Below, piece after piece: positions 9,249-19,653 of a stretch of DNA of 64,000 nucleotides. Under the pieces are notes generated by a model, which did no database searches, was not told the DNA's origin, and saw nothing but the letters and a program-made list of their open reading frames with translations. The DNA comes from Candidatus Latescibacterota bacterium (GTDB lineage Bacteria; Latescibacterota; UBA2968; UBA8231): assembly GCA_965215195.1 (NCBI GenBank), contig CBDCDC010000002.1, positions 3,872,001-3,936,000 on the forward strand, given 5' to 3'. The position numbers were made by a program, and so were the translations under genes. Within the stretch, counting starts at the first letter, position 1; the number at the start of each line of letters is the position of its first letter.

Positions 9249-10592
9249 TCACGCTCCGAAGATCTTTCGCACTTCCGCATGGACGTAGTGGCGGGCGAAG
9301 ACCACGGCTTTGTCTCCGGGGTGAATGCGCGTATCTCCACGGGGGATGATCACGCGATCGCCATGCACGACAGCGCCGATGATCGAATCCCTCGGTAGGC
9401 GGATGGAGATCAGGGGTTTTTGGGTGATTTTGCTGCCGCCGTGGGCGATGTACTCGACCGCTTCCACGTCGAGGCCGGGCAGGCTGGCGATGGAGGCAAT
9501 GCGCTGGTGCCGCACGTAGCGCTGGACGGCATTGACGGTCAGGAGCTGTTTGCTCAATACCGAATCTAGGCCGATGGCCGGGGTGATGGGCATGTAATCG
9601 ACGTTGTTGACCAAGGCAATGGCGCGCGGCACTTCGAGGTGCTTGGCGACAAGCGTCGAGATGATGTTGACCTCGTCGTTGCCGGTAACGGCGATAAAGG
9701 CGTCCATGTCGGCGAGCCCTTCGACGGCCAACAGGTCGTAGTCCGTGCCGTCGCCTTGGATGACCAGCACGTTGGCGAGTTGGTCGGCGATTTGCCGGGA
9801 GCGGGTCGCGCGGCTTTCGATGAGCTTGACGTGTATCTGCGAGGAAAGCGCTTGGGCGACGAATTGGCCGATGAGGCCGCCGCCCAAGATCGCGATGTTC
9901 TCGATGCGGTGATCGGCCAGACCTGTCAAGCGGAGCACCGAGGGAATAAAGTCGGGATCGCTGATGACGAAGATCCGGTCCTCTGGCAGCAGCTTGGTGT
10001 TGCCGCTGGGGATCAAGGTCTGCTGCTTGCGCTGGATGGCGACGATGCGCATGGGAATGTCGGCAAACTGCCGCCCCAATTCGGTCAGGGGGGCGTGGAG
10101 CAGGGAGGACTGATGGTCGAGGCGCATGCCGAGCAAGACGAGCTTGCCCTCGGAAAACTCGACCAGATCAGTGGCACTGGACTGGCGGATGAGGCGGACG
10201 ATGGCGTCGGCGGTTTCCTTCTCCGGGTGGATGAACTGATCGACGCCAAGTTCTTGCGGGCTGAAGATAAAGTCGGGCGCGGCAAATTCGGGATTGCGGA
10301 TGCGGGCGATGGCCGATTGGATGCCTAGCTTCTTGGCCATTCTACAGGCGAGCAGGTTGACTTCGTCGTTGGTGGTCATGGCGGCGACGAGATCCACCTG
10401 CTCAATGCCGATCCCGCGCAAGTCCTGCAAACTGGTGCCATTGCCTTCGGCGACGATGATGTCGAGCTGTTCGCTAACGCGCTTGACGCGGCTGGGGTCG
10501 GTGTCAATCTGGGTAATATCGTGCCCGTCTTGGCTCAGTTGCTTGCTCAACTGGAAGCCGATGGCCCCGGCACCTATGACCAAAATGTGCAT
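9249..10592 (-). CDS. trkA: Trk potassium uptake NAD-binding subunit
   Basis: Two RCK_N/RCK_C repeats (IGAGAIG; LGGGLIG). Lies directly upstream of trkH. Confidence 0.96.
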   Translation of the reverse strand: MHILVIGAGAIGFQLSKQLSQDGHDITQIDTDPSRVKRVSEQLDIIVAEGNGTSLQDLRGIGIEQVDLVAAMTTNDEVNLLACRMAKKLGIQSAIARIRNPEFAAPDFIFSPQELGVDQFIHPEKETADAIVRLIRQSSATDLVEFSEGKLVLLGMRLDHQSSLLHAPLTELGRQFADIPMRIVAIQRKQQTLIPSGNTKLLPEDRIFVISDPDFIPSVLRLTGLADHRIENIAILGGGLIGQFVAQALSSQIHVKLIESRATRSRQIADQLANVLVIQGDGTDYDLLAVEGLADMDAFIAVTGNDEVNIISTLVAKHLEVPRAIALVNNVDYMPITPAIGLDSVLSKQLLTVNAVQRYVRHQRIASIASLPGLDVEAVEYIAHGGSKITQKPLISIRLPRDSIIGAVVHGDRVIIPRGDTRIHPGDKAVVFARHYVHAEVRKIFGA

Positions 10593-10749
10593 GGTTTTCA
10601 GCTAAATTTGCAGCGAAGTACGCCGTTAGGAATTGGAACTGATGGTGCGCTCGGGTGCCTTGGATTGTCGGGAATAACGATCGTTCGAGGGAACGATGCC
10701 GCTGCGTTCATCTGCGGATATCCTATTGTGCGTAACGTCAGTTAGAACG

Positions 10750-10885
10750 CTACTACACGACACCAGCCCTCAGCCGGCCAAGGATCGAGGGCATCTTGCC
10801 CTCGTCGAGGGCGGGACGCCCGCGATCCCGGACCCATCGGAAACAGCAGAAAAGGCGTACTCTAAAGTAAGTGTCGTGTACTAAG
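10750..10885. mobile_element. MITE copy 1 (136 bp)
   Basis: Ends CTACTACACGAC...GTCGTGTACTAAG. Flanked by the 9-bp direct repeat GTTAGAACG (10741-10749 and 10886-10894). Internal GAGGGC..GCCCTC palindromes. Confidence 0.88.
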
Positions 10886-10928
10886 GTTAGAACGTAAAAG
10901 CTAAGGACGACGCGCCCACAACGCGAAC

Positions 10929-11243
10929 TCAGTCAATGTGAAAGACTTCGCGCAGGTCCTTAGCGCGCGGGCTGTCGTCCGGGTTGGTGGCCATGATGTC
11001 CTTCATGTAGGTCCACCACCGGCGGCAGGATGGCGTCTCGGCGATGCGATTCCAGCGCTCCTCGTCCTCGAGTTCAACGTAGGCAAAAAGCTGGTGGGTG
11101 TCTGCGTGGAGGAAGATGGAGTAGTTGTGGACGCCGTGTTCTTTGAGGGTCTGTTCCAGATCGGGCCAGATGGGGTTGTGGCGCTTTTCGTATTCGGCGT
11201 GTTGGTCGGGATTAACCTGCATGACAAAGGCTTTGCGGATCAT
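10929..11243 (-). CDS. rhaM: L-rhamnose mutarotase
   Basis: [27 protein letters not shown]...HNYSIFL...WWTYMKDIM; 104 aa from ATG 11243. Confidence 0.95.
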   Translation of the reverse strand: MIRKAFVMQVNPDQHAEYEKRHNPIWPDLEQTLKEHGVHNYSIFLHADTHQLFAYVELEDEERWNRIAETPSCRRWWTYMKDIMATNPDDSPRAKDLREVFHID

Positions 11244-11263
11244 GGGGTCTCCTTTTGGGTGGG

Positions 11264-12766
11264 TTAGCGAATCAGGACCAATTTGCGCGTCAGGGTCGCG
11301 TTGGCGGTGTGCAAGCGGCACAGGTACACTCCGGTGGCCCGGCCGCGGCCGCTCCAAGTGACGGTGTGCCAACCAGCCGACCGCGCGCCTTGCGCCAAAA
11401 CCGCTACTCGCTGCCCCTTGAGGTTGTACACGGCCAGTTCGACCGGCCCGGGCGCGTCCAGCGAAAAGCGGATGGCGGTGTGGCCGTTAAAGGGGTTGGG
11501 CGCGTTGGCGACGAGGGCCGCTCCCCGGCTGGCCGGCGCGTCCGCGACCTCAACGGCGGTGGGGTGCGCATCCGGCGCGAATTGGGCGAACCACAACTCG
11601 TAGTTGGGGTGGACGCCCGCGCTGAATACTACTGTGGGTATCGGCGGCGCGAGGCTGCCGCTGGCCGCGGAGATGCCGTGCATAAAAAAGGTGGAGACCA
11701 GCCCGTATTCCTCCAAATTCGGCAGGGTCACCGCGCCCCAGCTCGCCCCGGCGTCCTCCGAGGTGTAGAGCCGCAGTTGCGCGCCGTAGGTGCTGGGGAT
11801 CCACAGGCGCGCTGGTTCGCCGGGCGCGTGGAATACGGCCGCCACTTGCGACGGGCTGAGGGCTTGGCCGCTCCAAGCTCGCGCCTGCGGATCGCGCTGG
11901 AAGATGTAGAGCTGGTTGGTCGCCTCCTCGTCGGGCTGGTACTGGGCGGTGACGTAGATGCGGCCATCGGGCGTTTGCAGCATGGCCTCGCCAAAGGCCA
12001 TCGCACCTTGCGCAATGACTTCGGGTTGGGGCGGCGTGGCTGGCGCGTAGGGCAGGTGCATGTAGAGGATGCGGTCGTAGCGGGCCGTTGGATCGGGCTG
12101 GTTGCTCACCAGCAGATGAATTCCGGTCGCGTCGGGCTGGACGATGGGGTACAGCCAAGTGGTAAAAGGCTCGTCCCGCCGCTGGGCCGGGGCCAAGACA
12201 AAGGGGCCGTCCCAAGTCTGCGCGGCCAAGTCGAGCACGGCTAGCTGGAAGGTATAGGTAGCCGGGTCGCCAATATAGGCAATGACGAGCCGCTCCCCGT
12301 GGATCCCGGCCCCCATGTACCCGGCCTTGCCCGAAGGCGGCGCGGGCAACGGCTCAAAGCGGTCGATCTGCCCCGGCTCGGCCGCCCGCAGCACCACGGG
12401 CGGGCCGTTGAGGGTGGGGTAGATCAGGATGAGGCGCTGCTGGCCGTCGAGGAGCAGCAGGCCCGGCTGGTAGTTCAGGCCGTCCCACGTATAACCGCGC
12501 CGCCACTGGCCGTTTTCCAGCTTGTAGATCGCCCCTCGCGCCGTGGCCTGCTCAGCCCCCCACAGCCCCAGCGTGTAATAGGCAGTGCCGTCGAAAATTA
12601 GTTTGGGCGCGTTGTACCCCCAATAGGGGCTGACCCAAGCGACGCCCTCGTCGATTTTGGACAGCCGCACATCCACCTGCGCCCAACCTGGCCCGGCCCA
12701 CGCAGCCGCTAGGGGCAATAGCCAGCGCAACATGGGGTCGGGAGGTCGTCTGCGCATGAGGATCAT
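11264..12766 (-). CDS. Secreted beta-propeller/BNR-like protein with a T9SS type-A-like/FlgD C-terminal sorting domain
   Basis: Signal peptide, Asp-box-like SEDAGASW, and C-terminal NAPNPFN...IRFSL...VYNLKGQRV...GVYLCRL...TRKLVLIR. Confidence 0.8.
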   Translation of the reverse strand: MILMRRRPPDPMLRWLLPLAAAWAGPGWAQVDVRLSKIDEGVAWVSPYWGYNAPKLIFDGTAYYTLGLWGAEQATARGAIYKLENGQWRRGYTWDGLNYQPGLLLLDGQQRLILIYPTLNGPPVVLRAAEPGQIDRFEPLPAPPSGKAGYMGAGIHGERLVIAYIGDPATYTFQLAVLDLAAQTWDGPFVLAPAQRRDEPFTTWLYPIVQPDATGIHLLVSNQPDPTARYDRILYMHLPYAPATPPQPEVIAQGAMAFGEAMLQTPDGRIYVTAQYQPDEEATNQLYIFQRDPQARAWSGQALSPSQVAAVFHAPGEPARLWIPSTYGAQLRLYTSEDAGASWGAVTLPNLEEYGLVSTFFMHGISAASGSLAPPIPTVVFSAGVHPNYELWFAQFAPDAHPTAVEVADAPASRGAALVANAPNPFNGHTAIRFSLDAPGPVELAVYNLKGQRVAVLAQGARSAGWHTVTWSGRGRATGVYLCRLHTANATLTRKLVLIR

Positions 12767-12859
12767 GGCCGTTTGCTCCTTTTCGCAAAGTGCCAAGTGT
12801 CTGGCATTCCGCCCACCGAGTCAAATTAAGCGTATATTGCGGTGCCAAAAGAACGCCGC

Positions 12860-12992
12860 CTTAGTACACGACCCCTAAAGTAGGCACCCCTTACTTTAGA
12901 GTACGCCTTTTCTGCTGTTTCCGCTGGGTGCGGGATCGAGGGCAAGATGCCCTCGATCCTTGGCCGGCTGAGGGCTGGTGTCGTGTAGTAAG
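12860..12992. mobile_element. MITE copy 2 (133 bp, inverted relative to copy 1)
   Basis: CTTAGTACACGAC...GTCGTGTAGTAAG, flanked by the 9-bp direct repeat GAACGCCGC (12851-12859 and 12993-13001). Confidence 0.9.
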
Positions 12993-13146
12993 GAACGCCG
13001 CTCAGAAGCCGTTTGAAAACTAAAGTTTTGCTCTCGGCCTTAACTCCGAGCCGCTGGGATCGAGGGCGTCTCGCCCGCGAAAATCGCCTTGCAAAGCAGC
13101 CCGACAGGGGTTTGTCACGCCTAGGCGCGGTGAAGCAGACGGCTGC

Positions 13147-15090
13147 TCAGAAATTGAAGATCATGTTGCCCTCAACGCCGTAGGCCCCATCGATGAAGAG
13201 CCACAGGCCGGCCGTGGTGAACTCGCCGAGGATCAGCCCCAAAAAGAACGGCAGCAGGGCGCGATAGGCACGCACTCCGCCGTAGCGCAGGATGGTCGCC
13301 TTGAGCAGCCAAGCGCAGAAAATGGCGAACCAGCCATAGGAAATAATGGTATAGGTGGAGGCAATGGGGAAGCCGAGCGGGTGCAGCGGCCACCACACAA
13401 AGCGGTGGCGCAAAAACAGCAGGCCGGCCATGACCGAGCCGCCGATGGAGGTAAACAAGAGGCGGGGGCCAAAGGACGGGTCGGGATTGTGGTACATGGA
13501 GGCCATATAGGTGAAAGGCCAGCGCGGCGCACCGCTAAAGTACCAGCTATGCAGGTTGATGCCGCCATAGGTATAGGCGAGGGTCATGGTAAACCAGATC
13601 GAGCCGAGCAGGCCCACGGCAATGGCGGCGAACAAGGCCCACGGCAGCCAGCGCGGCGCGGGCGAGTCGCCGGAGGTGAGCTTGAGGCTGTGCATGACCG
13701 CGTTCATCATGTTGGCGGCCGTCTCGCCCATCCACACCGTGCTCAGCCCGAGGCTGGTCATGTTCCCCAGCCCGAGGCCCTCCGGGCCAAAGCCGCGCGT
13801 GATAAAGGCTTGGGGGGCCATGGGGGTCTGGCAGCCGGGGATGCCGGCCTCGCAGACGATGCGCGACAAGGCCACGAACACGACGAGTGCGCCGGCGATC
13901 AGCAACAGGGCCACGTACAGGGAGAGGCCGGTGAGGGTCAGCCAAGCCGCCATGACCGCGATGCCAACGCCGAGCCCGACAAAGGCCGTACGCGGCGACA
14001 CAAGCTCGCCCGGGGCCGGCTCGCCTTTGCGCGCTTGACGCCACAGGCCGCGCAGATGGGAGCGGGCCGTCCAAACGACGAAGAGCGCCAGCGCGAAAAG
14101 CCCGCCGGCCTGCTGGTAGGACACTGGAACCGGGCCGCCCGAAGTCCAGATGTCCGCGCCCCCCAGTTGGAAGCCGAGGCGGGCGAAGGCGACTTTTTGC
14201 AGGGTGTAGAGCAAAAAGAAAAACCAGATGCTAAAGGACACATCGAGTGCCATCAGGTACGCGAGGCCCATGACCGGCAAGTTGACCCGCAAGGGCAGGC
14301 TCGCGCTGCCTTGCAGCAGGGACACTGCGCCGGTGAGGGCGATGGGCTGGAAGGCGTCGTGGTAGTAGTGGAGCGAGTTCCACGAGTGCAGCAAAAGCGG
14401 CACGGCCGCGCCCAGCCACAGCAGGCGGCGCTTGAACAGGCCGCCGAGGAGGGGCGCAGAGTCCGCGCCTTCGAGCATGGCGAGGGGCAGGCGGGTGAGG
14501 GGAAAGACGAGGCGCTCGTTGGCGATCCACTGGCCGCGCAGCAACGCGCCGAGGCAAAAGATGACCCAGTAGAAGGCGAATATGAAGAGCATCCAAGCCG
14601 CCAGTGGCCGCGCCCAAGCCGCCCACGGCACTGGTGCGCCGCGCTCGGGCAGCCCTTCGTAGAACAGGCGCACGGCCTCGGCGTCGGCTGGCGCGAGATA
14701 GGGGTGGATGTGTTCGACGAAGAGCTCCTGCCAAGCATTCTCCGGCGTAGCGTAGTACGCGGCTCCGGTGATGACCGACAGAAAGCTGCCGGTGAAGCCG
14801 GTGGTAACCACGACTGAGCCGACCAGCATCATGGCGTACACCGCGATGAGTTCGGCGCGGGAAAAGGCCCACGCTCGGCCCAGCATCTTGAGCAGGGGCA
14901 GGATCGCGGCCGTCAGCAGAAAGAGGAAGAGGACGGCGATTACCGGGATGGCATTGCTGGTGAGCTGCGATCCCTTGACGATGAGGATGCCCCAAGGGCT
15001 GAGTACGCTGATGGCCCCCACGAGGAGCAAACCCGTGAGGACAGCGCGCCAAGAGCAGGCGGATGGGGAGGTGGGGCGGAACGTGGGAAG
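13147..15090 (-). CDS. DUF6785/DUF6784-like multi-pass membrane protein (putative transporter); start uncertain
   Basis: Many TM helices, plus ERLVFPL, WWPLHPLG and PFFLGLILGE motifs shared with the paralogue at 44889. The track ORF's upstream extension overlaps the CFA-like gene and is probably not real. Confidence 0.8.
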   Translation of the reverse strand, partial: LPTFRPTSPSACSWRAVLTGLLLVGAISVLSPWGILIVKGSQLTSNAIPVIAVLFLFLLTAAILPLLKMLGRAWAFSRAELIAVYAMMLVGSVVVTTGFTGSFLSVITGAAYYATPENAWQELFVEHIHPYLAPADAEAVRLFYEGLPERGAPVPWAAWARPLAAWMLFIFAFYWVIFCLGALLRGQWIANERLVFPLTRLPLAMLEGADSAPLLGGLFKRRLLWLGAAVPLLLHSWNSLHYYHDAFQPIALTGAVSLLQGSASLPLRVNLPVMGLAYLMALDVSFSIWFFFLLYTLQKVAFARLGFQLGGADIWTSGGPVPVSYQQAGGLFALALFVVWTARSHLRGLWRQARKGEPAPGELVSPRTAFVGLGVGIAVMAAWLTLTGLSLYVALLLIAGALVVFVALSRIVCEAGIPGCQTPMAPQAFITRGFGPEGLGLGNMTSLGLSTVWMGETAANMMNAVMHSLKLTSGDSPAPRWLPWALFAAIAVGLLGSIWFTMTLAYTYGGINLHSWYFSGAPRWPFTYMASMYHNPDPSFGPRLLFTSIGGSVMAGLLFLRHRFVWWPLHPLGFPIASTYTIISYGWFAIFCAWLLKATILRYGGVRAYRALLPFFLGLILGEFTTAGLWLFIDGAYGVEGNMIFNF

Positions 15091-15094
15091 CCCC

Positions 15095-16327
15095 CTAACT
15101 GAGACTGCGGATGAAGTAGAGCAGGCGCTTGAAAAACCCCGGCCGGATGCCGGGGGCTTGGGTGCGCTGGGCCACCACGTGGTAGGCTTGGAGCTGGCGG
15201 TTGTGCATGGCGTGGGAGCCACCCCACAAGTACAGGCGGAAGGCGCGGAAGACAGCTTCGCCCCAGCGCTCGACGATAGTTTGGCGGTTGGCCTCAAAGC
15301 GAGCGGCCCAGTGCCTCAGCGTCAGGGCGTAATCGTTGGTTTCATCTACCACTTCCTCCACCTTGAAGCCGTGCATGAGGAATTCTTGCAGCAGGTCGGG
15401 CAGGCACAGGTACGTGTGGGTGCCGGGGTAGATATAGCGGCGCACGAAATTGCTCACCTTGTACTTTTCGAGCGTGGCCGAGGCGTCCAGATAAATGCGG
15501 CCCCCGGGCTTGAGGCACTTCCACACTTGCGCGGCAAAGTCGCGGTAGTGGGGGATGTGCTCGATGACGCCGAAGATGACAATGGCGTCGTACGGCTCGT
15601 GCGGCTCGTGTTCGAGGAAATCTTCGAGGAGAATTTGGCAGGTCGTCAGCCCTTGTTCGGCGATGAGGTTTTGGTGCAGCCGGTGCGAATCCTCGGCAAG
15701 GGTCAGGGCCGTGCAGTGGATGCCGCGCGGGCCGGCGTAGCGGGTAACTGCGCCCCAGCCCGCGCCGATGTCGAGCAGGCGGGAACCCGCTTGCAGGTGC
15801 AGGGCTTGGGCCATGGTAGCAAATTTGTGCTCGGCAGCCTGTTCCAGCGTTGCGTCGTCGTCGCGGAAGAGGCAATGCGAGTAGAGATGGTACTGGCGAT
15901 CGACGAACGCCAAGTAGAAATCGTCGCCGAAATTGTAGTGGTGCGCGATGGAAGCGCGGTTGAGGCGGAGGCGGTTGCTCCACAAGAGTTGCAAATAGGC
16001 CCGCAGCAGGAAGCCGAGGCTGACCCTGCCCTTGACGTAGTGGCGCAGATCTAGGAAGCAGCGCACATCGCCCTCGATATCGATCTGGCCCTCGACATAG
16101 GCGCGACCGATGGCGTATTCGTCGAGTCCTTTGCCGAGCACCTCGTCGGAGTGAAAGACGACGCTAAAGGCCGGTTCGCCTGCGGGTCCCAAGCGCAAGG
16201 TCTCGCCTTGAGCAAAGGTGAACTGGCAGGGGATGGGGATGTCGGCGATGGCGGCGTGGAGCAGACGGGCGGCAGCGCATTGGGGCTGGGGGGGCGAGGC
16301 TTGCTGTAACTGGGGTTGTGCGGTCAT
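15095..16327 (-). CDS. Cyclopropane-fatty-acyl-phospholipid synthase family SAM methyltransferase
   Basis: IAHHYNFGDDFY, YSHCLF, LLDIGAGWG, FVRRYIYPG, YALTLRHW and RAFRLYL motifs. Confidence 0.9.
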   Translation of the reverse strand: MTAQPQLQQASPPQPQCAAARLLHAAIADIPIPCQFTFAQGETLRLGPAGEPAFSVVFHSDEVLGKGLDEYAIGRAYVEGQIDIEGDVRCFLDLRHYVKGRVSLGFLLRAYLQLLWSNRLRLNRASIAHHYNFGDDFYLAFVDRQYHLYSHCLFRDDDATLEQAAEHKFATMAQALHLQAGSRLLDIGAGWGAVTRYAGPRGIHCTALTLAEDSHRLHQNLIAEQGLTTCQILLEDFLEHEPHEPYDAIVIFGVIEHIPHYRDFAAQVWKCLKPGGRIYLDASATLEKYKVSNFVRRYIYPGTHTYLCLPDLLQEFLMHGFKVEEVVDETNDYALTLRHWAARFEANRQTIVERWGEAVFRAFRLYLWGGSHAMHNRQLQAYHVVAQRTQAPGIRPGFFKRLLYFIRSLS

Positions 16328-16440
16328 GGAGGTTTTCCCGGTGGCGATTTCTGCGGCTTAGCTAGCCGCGCAAGCGGGGCGGGAACAGACTATGAATCTT
16401 CGCCCAACCCGTCAAGGAGGTGGGCAAAAGGAGAGAGGCC

Positions 16441-18417
16441 ATGCAGGTGATTGGATGGGAAAAGATGGCGTGGAGTATAGGGGCGGTTGCGTGGTTGGGC
16501 TGCGCTCCGCTCGAAGCGGAGCGTCCGTCGCCGACGGGCGACATCCCGCGCAGCGCGTGGCCCGAGGCTTGGTTCCGGCCACCGGCCACGGCCGCGGCCG
16601 TGGGCTTGCAGACCTTCCGCCAGTCGCCCGCGCTCGACGAATTGGTCGCGGCCGGTGCATTGCCGCCGGTCGCCGAGCGCCTGCCCGACGACCCGGTGGT
16701 GGTGGAACCTTTCGACGCAATTGGCCGCTACGGGGGCACGGCCCGGCTGTTCTTGGCGGGCGAAAGCCTGATCAACGTGCCCGAGGGGGTGCTGCGTCCG
16801 GGGCCGCAAATGCGATTGAATCTGCCGAATTTTGCGGCAAAGGCCGAATACCTCAACGGCGCGAGAACGTTGCGGATCACCCTGCGCCCCGGTCACAAGT
16901 GGTCCGACGGCCATCCCGTAACGGCCGACGACTACGCGTTCTGGTTCGACCACGTGCTGCTGAACGAGGAGCTCACGCCCGTGGTGGAGCCGCGGTTTAA
17001 GGGCGCGCACATCGAAAAGCACGATGCGCATAGTTTCAGTTATCACTTTCCCCAGCCCATGCCGCTTTTTGTCAACCACCTCGCCCACAATAGTTCGCGC
17101 TTGGCAGTGCCAGCGCACTTCATGCGCCGCTACCACCCGGCCTTCACCGATCCGGCGCAATTGGAGCGCGAGGCCGAAGCGCTGGGTTTGCAGGATTGGC
17201 GCACCTATTTCGCGGCTGTGAACAGCACGACCGATCTGATCCCCTTCAACCGCCCGGTGCTGACGGCCTACGTACTGGTTAGCCGGACCTCGACGCGCGC
17301 CCTGCTGCGCCGCAATCCCTATTATCCGAAGATCGACCCGGCCGGCAATCAGTTGCCCTATATTGACTCTCTGGAGGTACAGCGGGTCGATAGCCCCGAG
17401 ATCATGGCGGCCAAGGCTTCGACCGGGCAGATCGACTTTGCCGGGCGGCAGTTTATGACGGCCGATATTCCCCTGTTTAAGCGCTTTGAGCAGCACAACG
17501 GCTATTCCACGTATGTGTGGCCGCGGCCCTACGGCTCGGACGTGGTATTGCAGTTCAATTTGAATCACCCCGACGCGGGCCTGCGGCAGATTTTCCAAGA
17601 CGTGCGCTTTCGGCGGGCCATGTCGCTGGCCATCAATCGGGAGGAAATCAACGACATCGTTTACTTTGGCTACGGGGTGCCGCGCCAGTTGACGGTAGTG
17701 CCGGCGAGCCGCTACTTCGAGCCAGAATTTGCCGCCGCTTGGGCCGAGTTTGACCCGGTGCGGGCGCGGGCCCTGTTCGACTCGGTGGGGCTGGTCGACC
17801 GCGACGGGGACGGCCAGCGCGAGCGGCTTGACGGCAAACCGCTGCAAATCACCTTGGAGTACATGATCGGGGAGACGCCCAAGCAGGTCACCCTAGACTT
17901 GATCGCGGCCCACTGGCGCGAGGTGGGGGTGAACGTCAATCTCAAGCAGATCAGCGGCACCTTGCAGCGGATTCGCGCGAGGGCGGGCTTGATGGACATG
18001 ACTATATGGCACGCCGACCGCAACGCGGATATCCTCTTTCCCATTGAGCCTTATTGGTACGTGCCGACCAATGGCGGCTGGGAGCAGAGCCAGTGGTCCA
18101 AGTGGACGCGGTGGTACTTTACCGATGGCGCGCTCGGGTGGGAGCCGCCGGCGCAGATCAAGGAACTGATCGGCTGGTGGGAGACCCTGCGCCGCACTAC
18201 CAACGAGGACGAGCGCATCGCGATGGGCAAGAACATTCTCCGCAGCCAAGCCGAGAACTTGTGGGCACTCGGGGTCATTGGCTTGGGGCCGCATCCGGTC
18301 GTGGTCAGCCACAAGCTGCGCAATGTGCCGCCGCAGGGCTATTGGGGCTGGGATTCGCGCTGGACGTGGCCGTACTATCCAGAAACTTGGTATTTGGATG
18401 AGGGAGTTGCAAAGTAG
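16441..18417 (+). CDS. ABC transporter substrate-binding lipoprotein, family 5
   Basis: Lipobox-like AWLGC, LPPVAERLP, LRPGHKWSDGHPVTADD, RNPYYPKID..GNQLPYID and FRRAMSLAINREEI. Confidence 0.92.
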   Translation: MQVIGWEKMAWSIGAVAWLGCAPLEAERPSPTGDIPRSAWPEAWFRPPATAAAVGLQTFRQSPALDELVAAGALPPVAERLPDDPVVVEPFDAIGRYGGTARLFLAGESLINVPEGVLRPGPQMRLNLPNFAAKAEYLNGARTLRITLRPGHKWSDGHPVTADDYAFWFDHVLLNEELTPVVEPRFKGAHIEKHDAHSFSYHFPQPMPLFVNHLAHNSSRLAVPAHFMRRYHPAFTDPAQLEREAEALGLQDWRTYFAAVNSTTDLIPFNRPVLTAYVLVSRTSTRALLRRNPYYPKIDPAGNQLPYIDSLEVQRVDSPEIMAAKASTGQIDFAGRQFMTADIPLFKRFEQHNGYSTYVWPRPYGSDVVLQFNLNHPDAGLRQIFQDVRFRRAMSLAINREEINDIVYFGYGVPRQLTVVPASRYFEPEFAAAWAEFDPVRARALFDSVGLVDRDGDGQRERLDGKPLQITLEYMIGETPKQVTLDLIAAHWREVGVNVNLKQISGTLQRIRARAGLMDMTIWHADRNADILFPIEPYWYVPTNGGWEQSQWSKWTRWYFTDGALGWEPPAQIKELIGWWETLRRTTNEDERIAMGKNILRSQAENLWALGVIGLGPHPVVVSHKLRNVPPQGYWGWDSRWTWPYYPETWYLDEGVAK

Positions 18418-18455
18418 GCGCGAGCGCTCAGAGCCCGCAGGACCGCTAGTTGTTT

Positions 18456-18483
18456 TTGGCCGTTCTCTAATTTTTATTATAAT
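18456..18483 (+). promoter_or_regulatory. Possible sigma-70 promoter for the surface-protein cluster
   Basis: TTGGCC-N16-TATAAT in an AT-rich intergenic gap upstream of 18605. Confidence 0.35.
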
Positions 18484-18604
18484 AATGTGCCAATTATTAA
18501 GAGTTGTTGAAAGGAGGTGAAGAGAAGCTGTTTTAGGCATCAGAAGTTCACTTTTCGCTTTTTGACGAATGTTCCAACCACGAACCTATGAGGTGAATCG
18601 CATT

Positions 18605-19564
18605 ATGAAGAAAATTTTGAGCATCGCGACTGTGTTGGCCCTAGGCATCATGTTGCAGGCCAGCGCGGTATCGGCCCACGTGCCGATCCCCGGCATCGAC
18701 TCCGGTACGCTTTTCCAGTGGCCCGCTGGCCAAGAACCGACCTTGGACGGCGACCTCTCTGAATGGGATATCGTCCCTGAGGATTACTACGTCCCCTTTG
18801 ATTCGCACTTCGAGTACTATCTCGGCTTGGGCCACGAAAACGACGAGAGCAATTTGTCGTTTCGGGTAGTGGGCGCTTGGAGCGCGGGGACCAACCGCCT
18901 CTATCTCATGATGGAGCGTTTCGACAACTACTGGGATCGCAATGGCGTTGGCGCGGTCGCGGCTGGCGATGATAGCTGGGAGATCATGATCGACGCCGAC
19001 CACGGCGGCGACCGGCACTTTGCGCTCCCCGACGATTACGAAGACGACGACGAGCGTCAGCGCAATCAGGGCCGTTTTGCCCAGAACGCCCATTACGTCT
19101 GGCCCGACATGCCCGACGCCAACCGGGCCGTCGGCTGGAAGTGGTTCTTCAACAGCAACTCAACATGGCACGACGTGCCCCCGTGGGGCGATTACGGTTT
19201 CCAGCTAGACGGCGAAGTCAACTCGGGCGAGGTCACAGCGCGCATCGAGGTGATGTCGGTCGCTTGGGACGACTTCCACTGGGTCGGTCCCGACGAGAGC
19301 CAGATCCACACTTTCACCGAGGGCAATACCATCGGCTTGGGTTGGGTCGTACACGACATGGACTCGGCCGAAGAGGACAATGGCGGCGCCAGCGACGGCG
19401 GCTGGGGCATCAATCCCAACATCCAGATGTGGTTCGACTGCGTCAACTGCTCGGACTTCCTGCTGGCGCCGCTGGATCCTCGCGTGGATTTCAGCAGTAT
19501 TGAAACTGGAACCGCAGTAGAGGAAGAAAGCTGGGGACGCATCAAGGCGGCCTATATCCAATAG
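18605..19564 (+). CDS. Secreted CBM9/DOMON-like acidic protein with a C-terminal 'SWGRIKA' motif
   Basis: Signal peptide MKKILSIA..., PTLDGDLSEW, DDSWEIMIDAD, GNTIGLGWVVHDMD, and tail TAVEEESWGRIKAAYIQ. Confidence 0.75.
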   Translation: MKKILSIATVLALGIMLQASAVSAHVPIPGIDSGTLFQWPAGQEPTLDGDLSEWDIVPEDYYVPFDSHFEYYLGLGHENDESNLSFRVVGAWSAGTNRLYLMMERFDNYWDRNGVGAVAAGDDSWEIMIDADHGGDRHFALPDDYEDDDERQRNQGRFAQNAHYVWPDMPDANRAVGWKWFFNSNSTWHDVPPWGDYGFQLDGEVNSGEVTARIEVMSVAWDDFHWVGPDESQIHTFTEGNTIGLGWVVHDMDSAEEDNGGASDGGWGINPNIQMWFDCVNCSDFLLAPLDPRVDFSSIETGTAVEEESWGRIKAAYIQ

Positions 19565-19592
19565 TTCGCTTCTCGTTCCCAACTGCTAGTCT

Positions 19593-19627
19593 CTGAAGGG
19601 GAGGTGTCTCGTGCATCTCCCCTTCAG
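19593..19627 (+). terminator. Intergenic stem-loop (terminator or mRNA stabiliser)
   Basis: CTGAAGGGGAGGTGT-ctcgt-GCATCTCCCCTTCAG, followed by GTTTCT. Confidence 0.7.
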
Positions 19628-19653
19628 GTTTCTGTATGTTAGGAGATGCAGTC

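Noticed and set aside
10696-10884. Short ORFs sharing LHDTSPQPAKDRGHLALVEGG (also 26522..26809)
   Set aside because: They are translations of the MITE sequence, not a protein family.
10750-12992. Composite transposon formed by inverted MITE copies around rhaM and the secreted protein
   Set aside because: Each copy has its own distinct 9-bp TSD on both sides and the outer flanks differ, so they are independent insertions.
13002-13140. Possible second MITE type beginning CAGAAGCCGTTTGAAAA with a half REP
   Set aside because: No matching second end or TSD could be identified, and it occurs only once in the window.
13381-17847. Long opposite-strand ORFs (13381..14817, 14768..16054, 16390..17847) and similar ones elsewhere
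   Set aside because: They are typical high-GC antisense shadows of well-supported genes and show no recognisable motifs.
18509-18540. Strong SD-like GAAAGGAGGTGA suggesting a small leader ORF or RNA element
   Set aside because: No suitably spaced start codon with an open frame follows, and I recognise no RNA structure.
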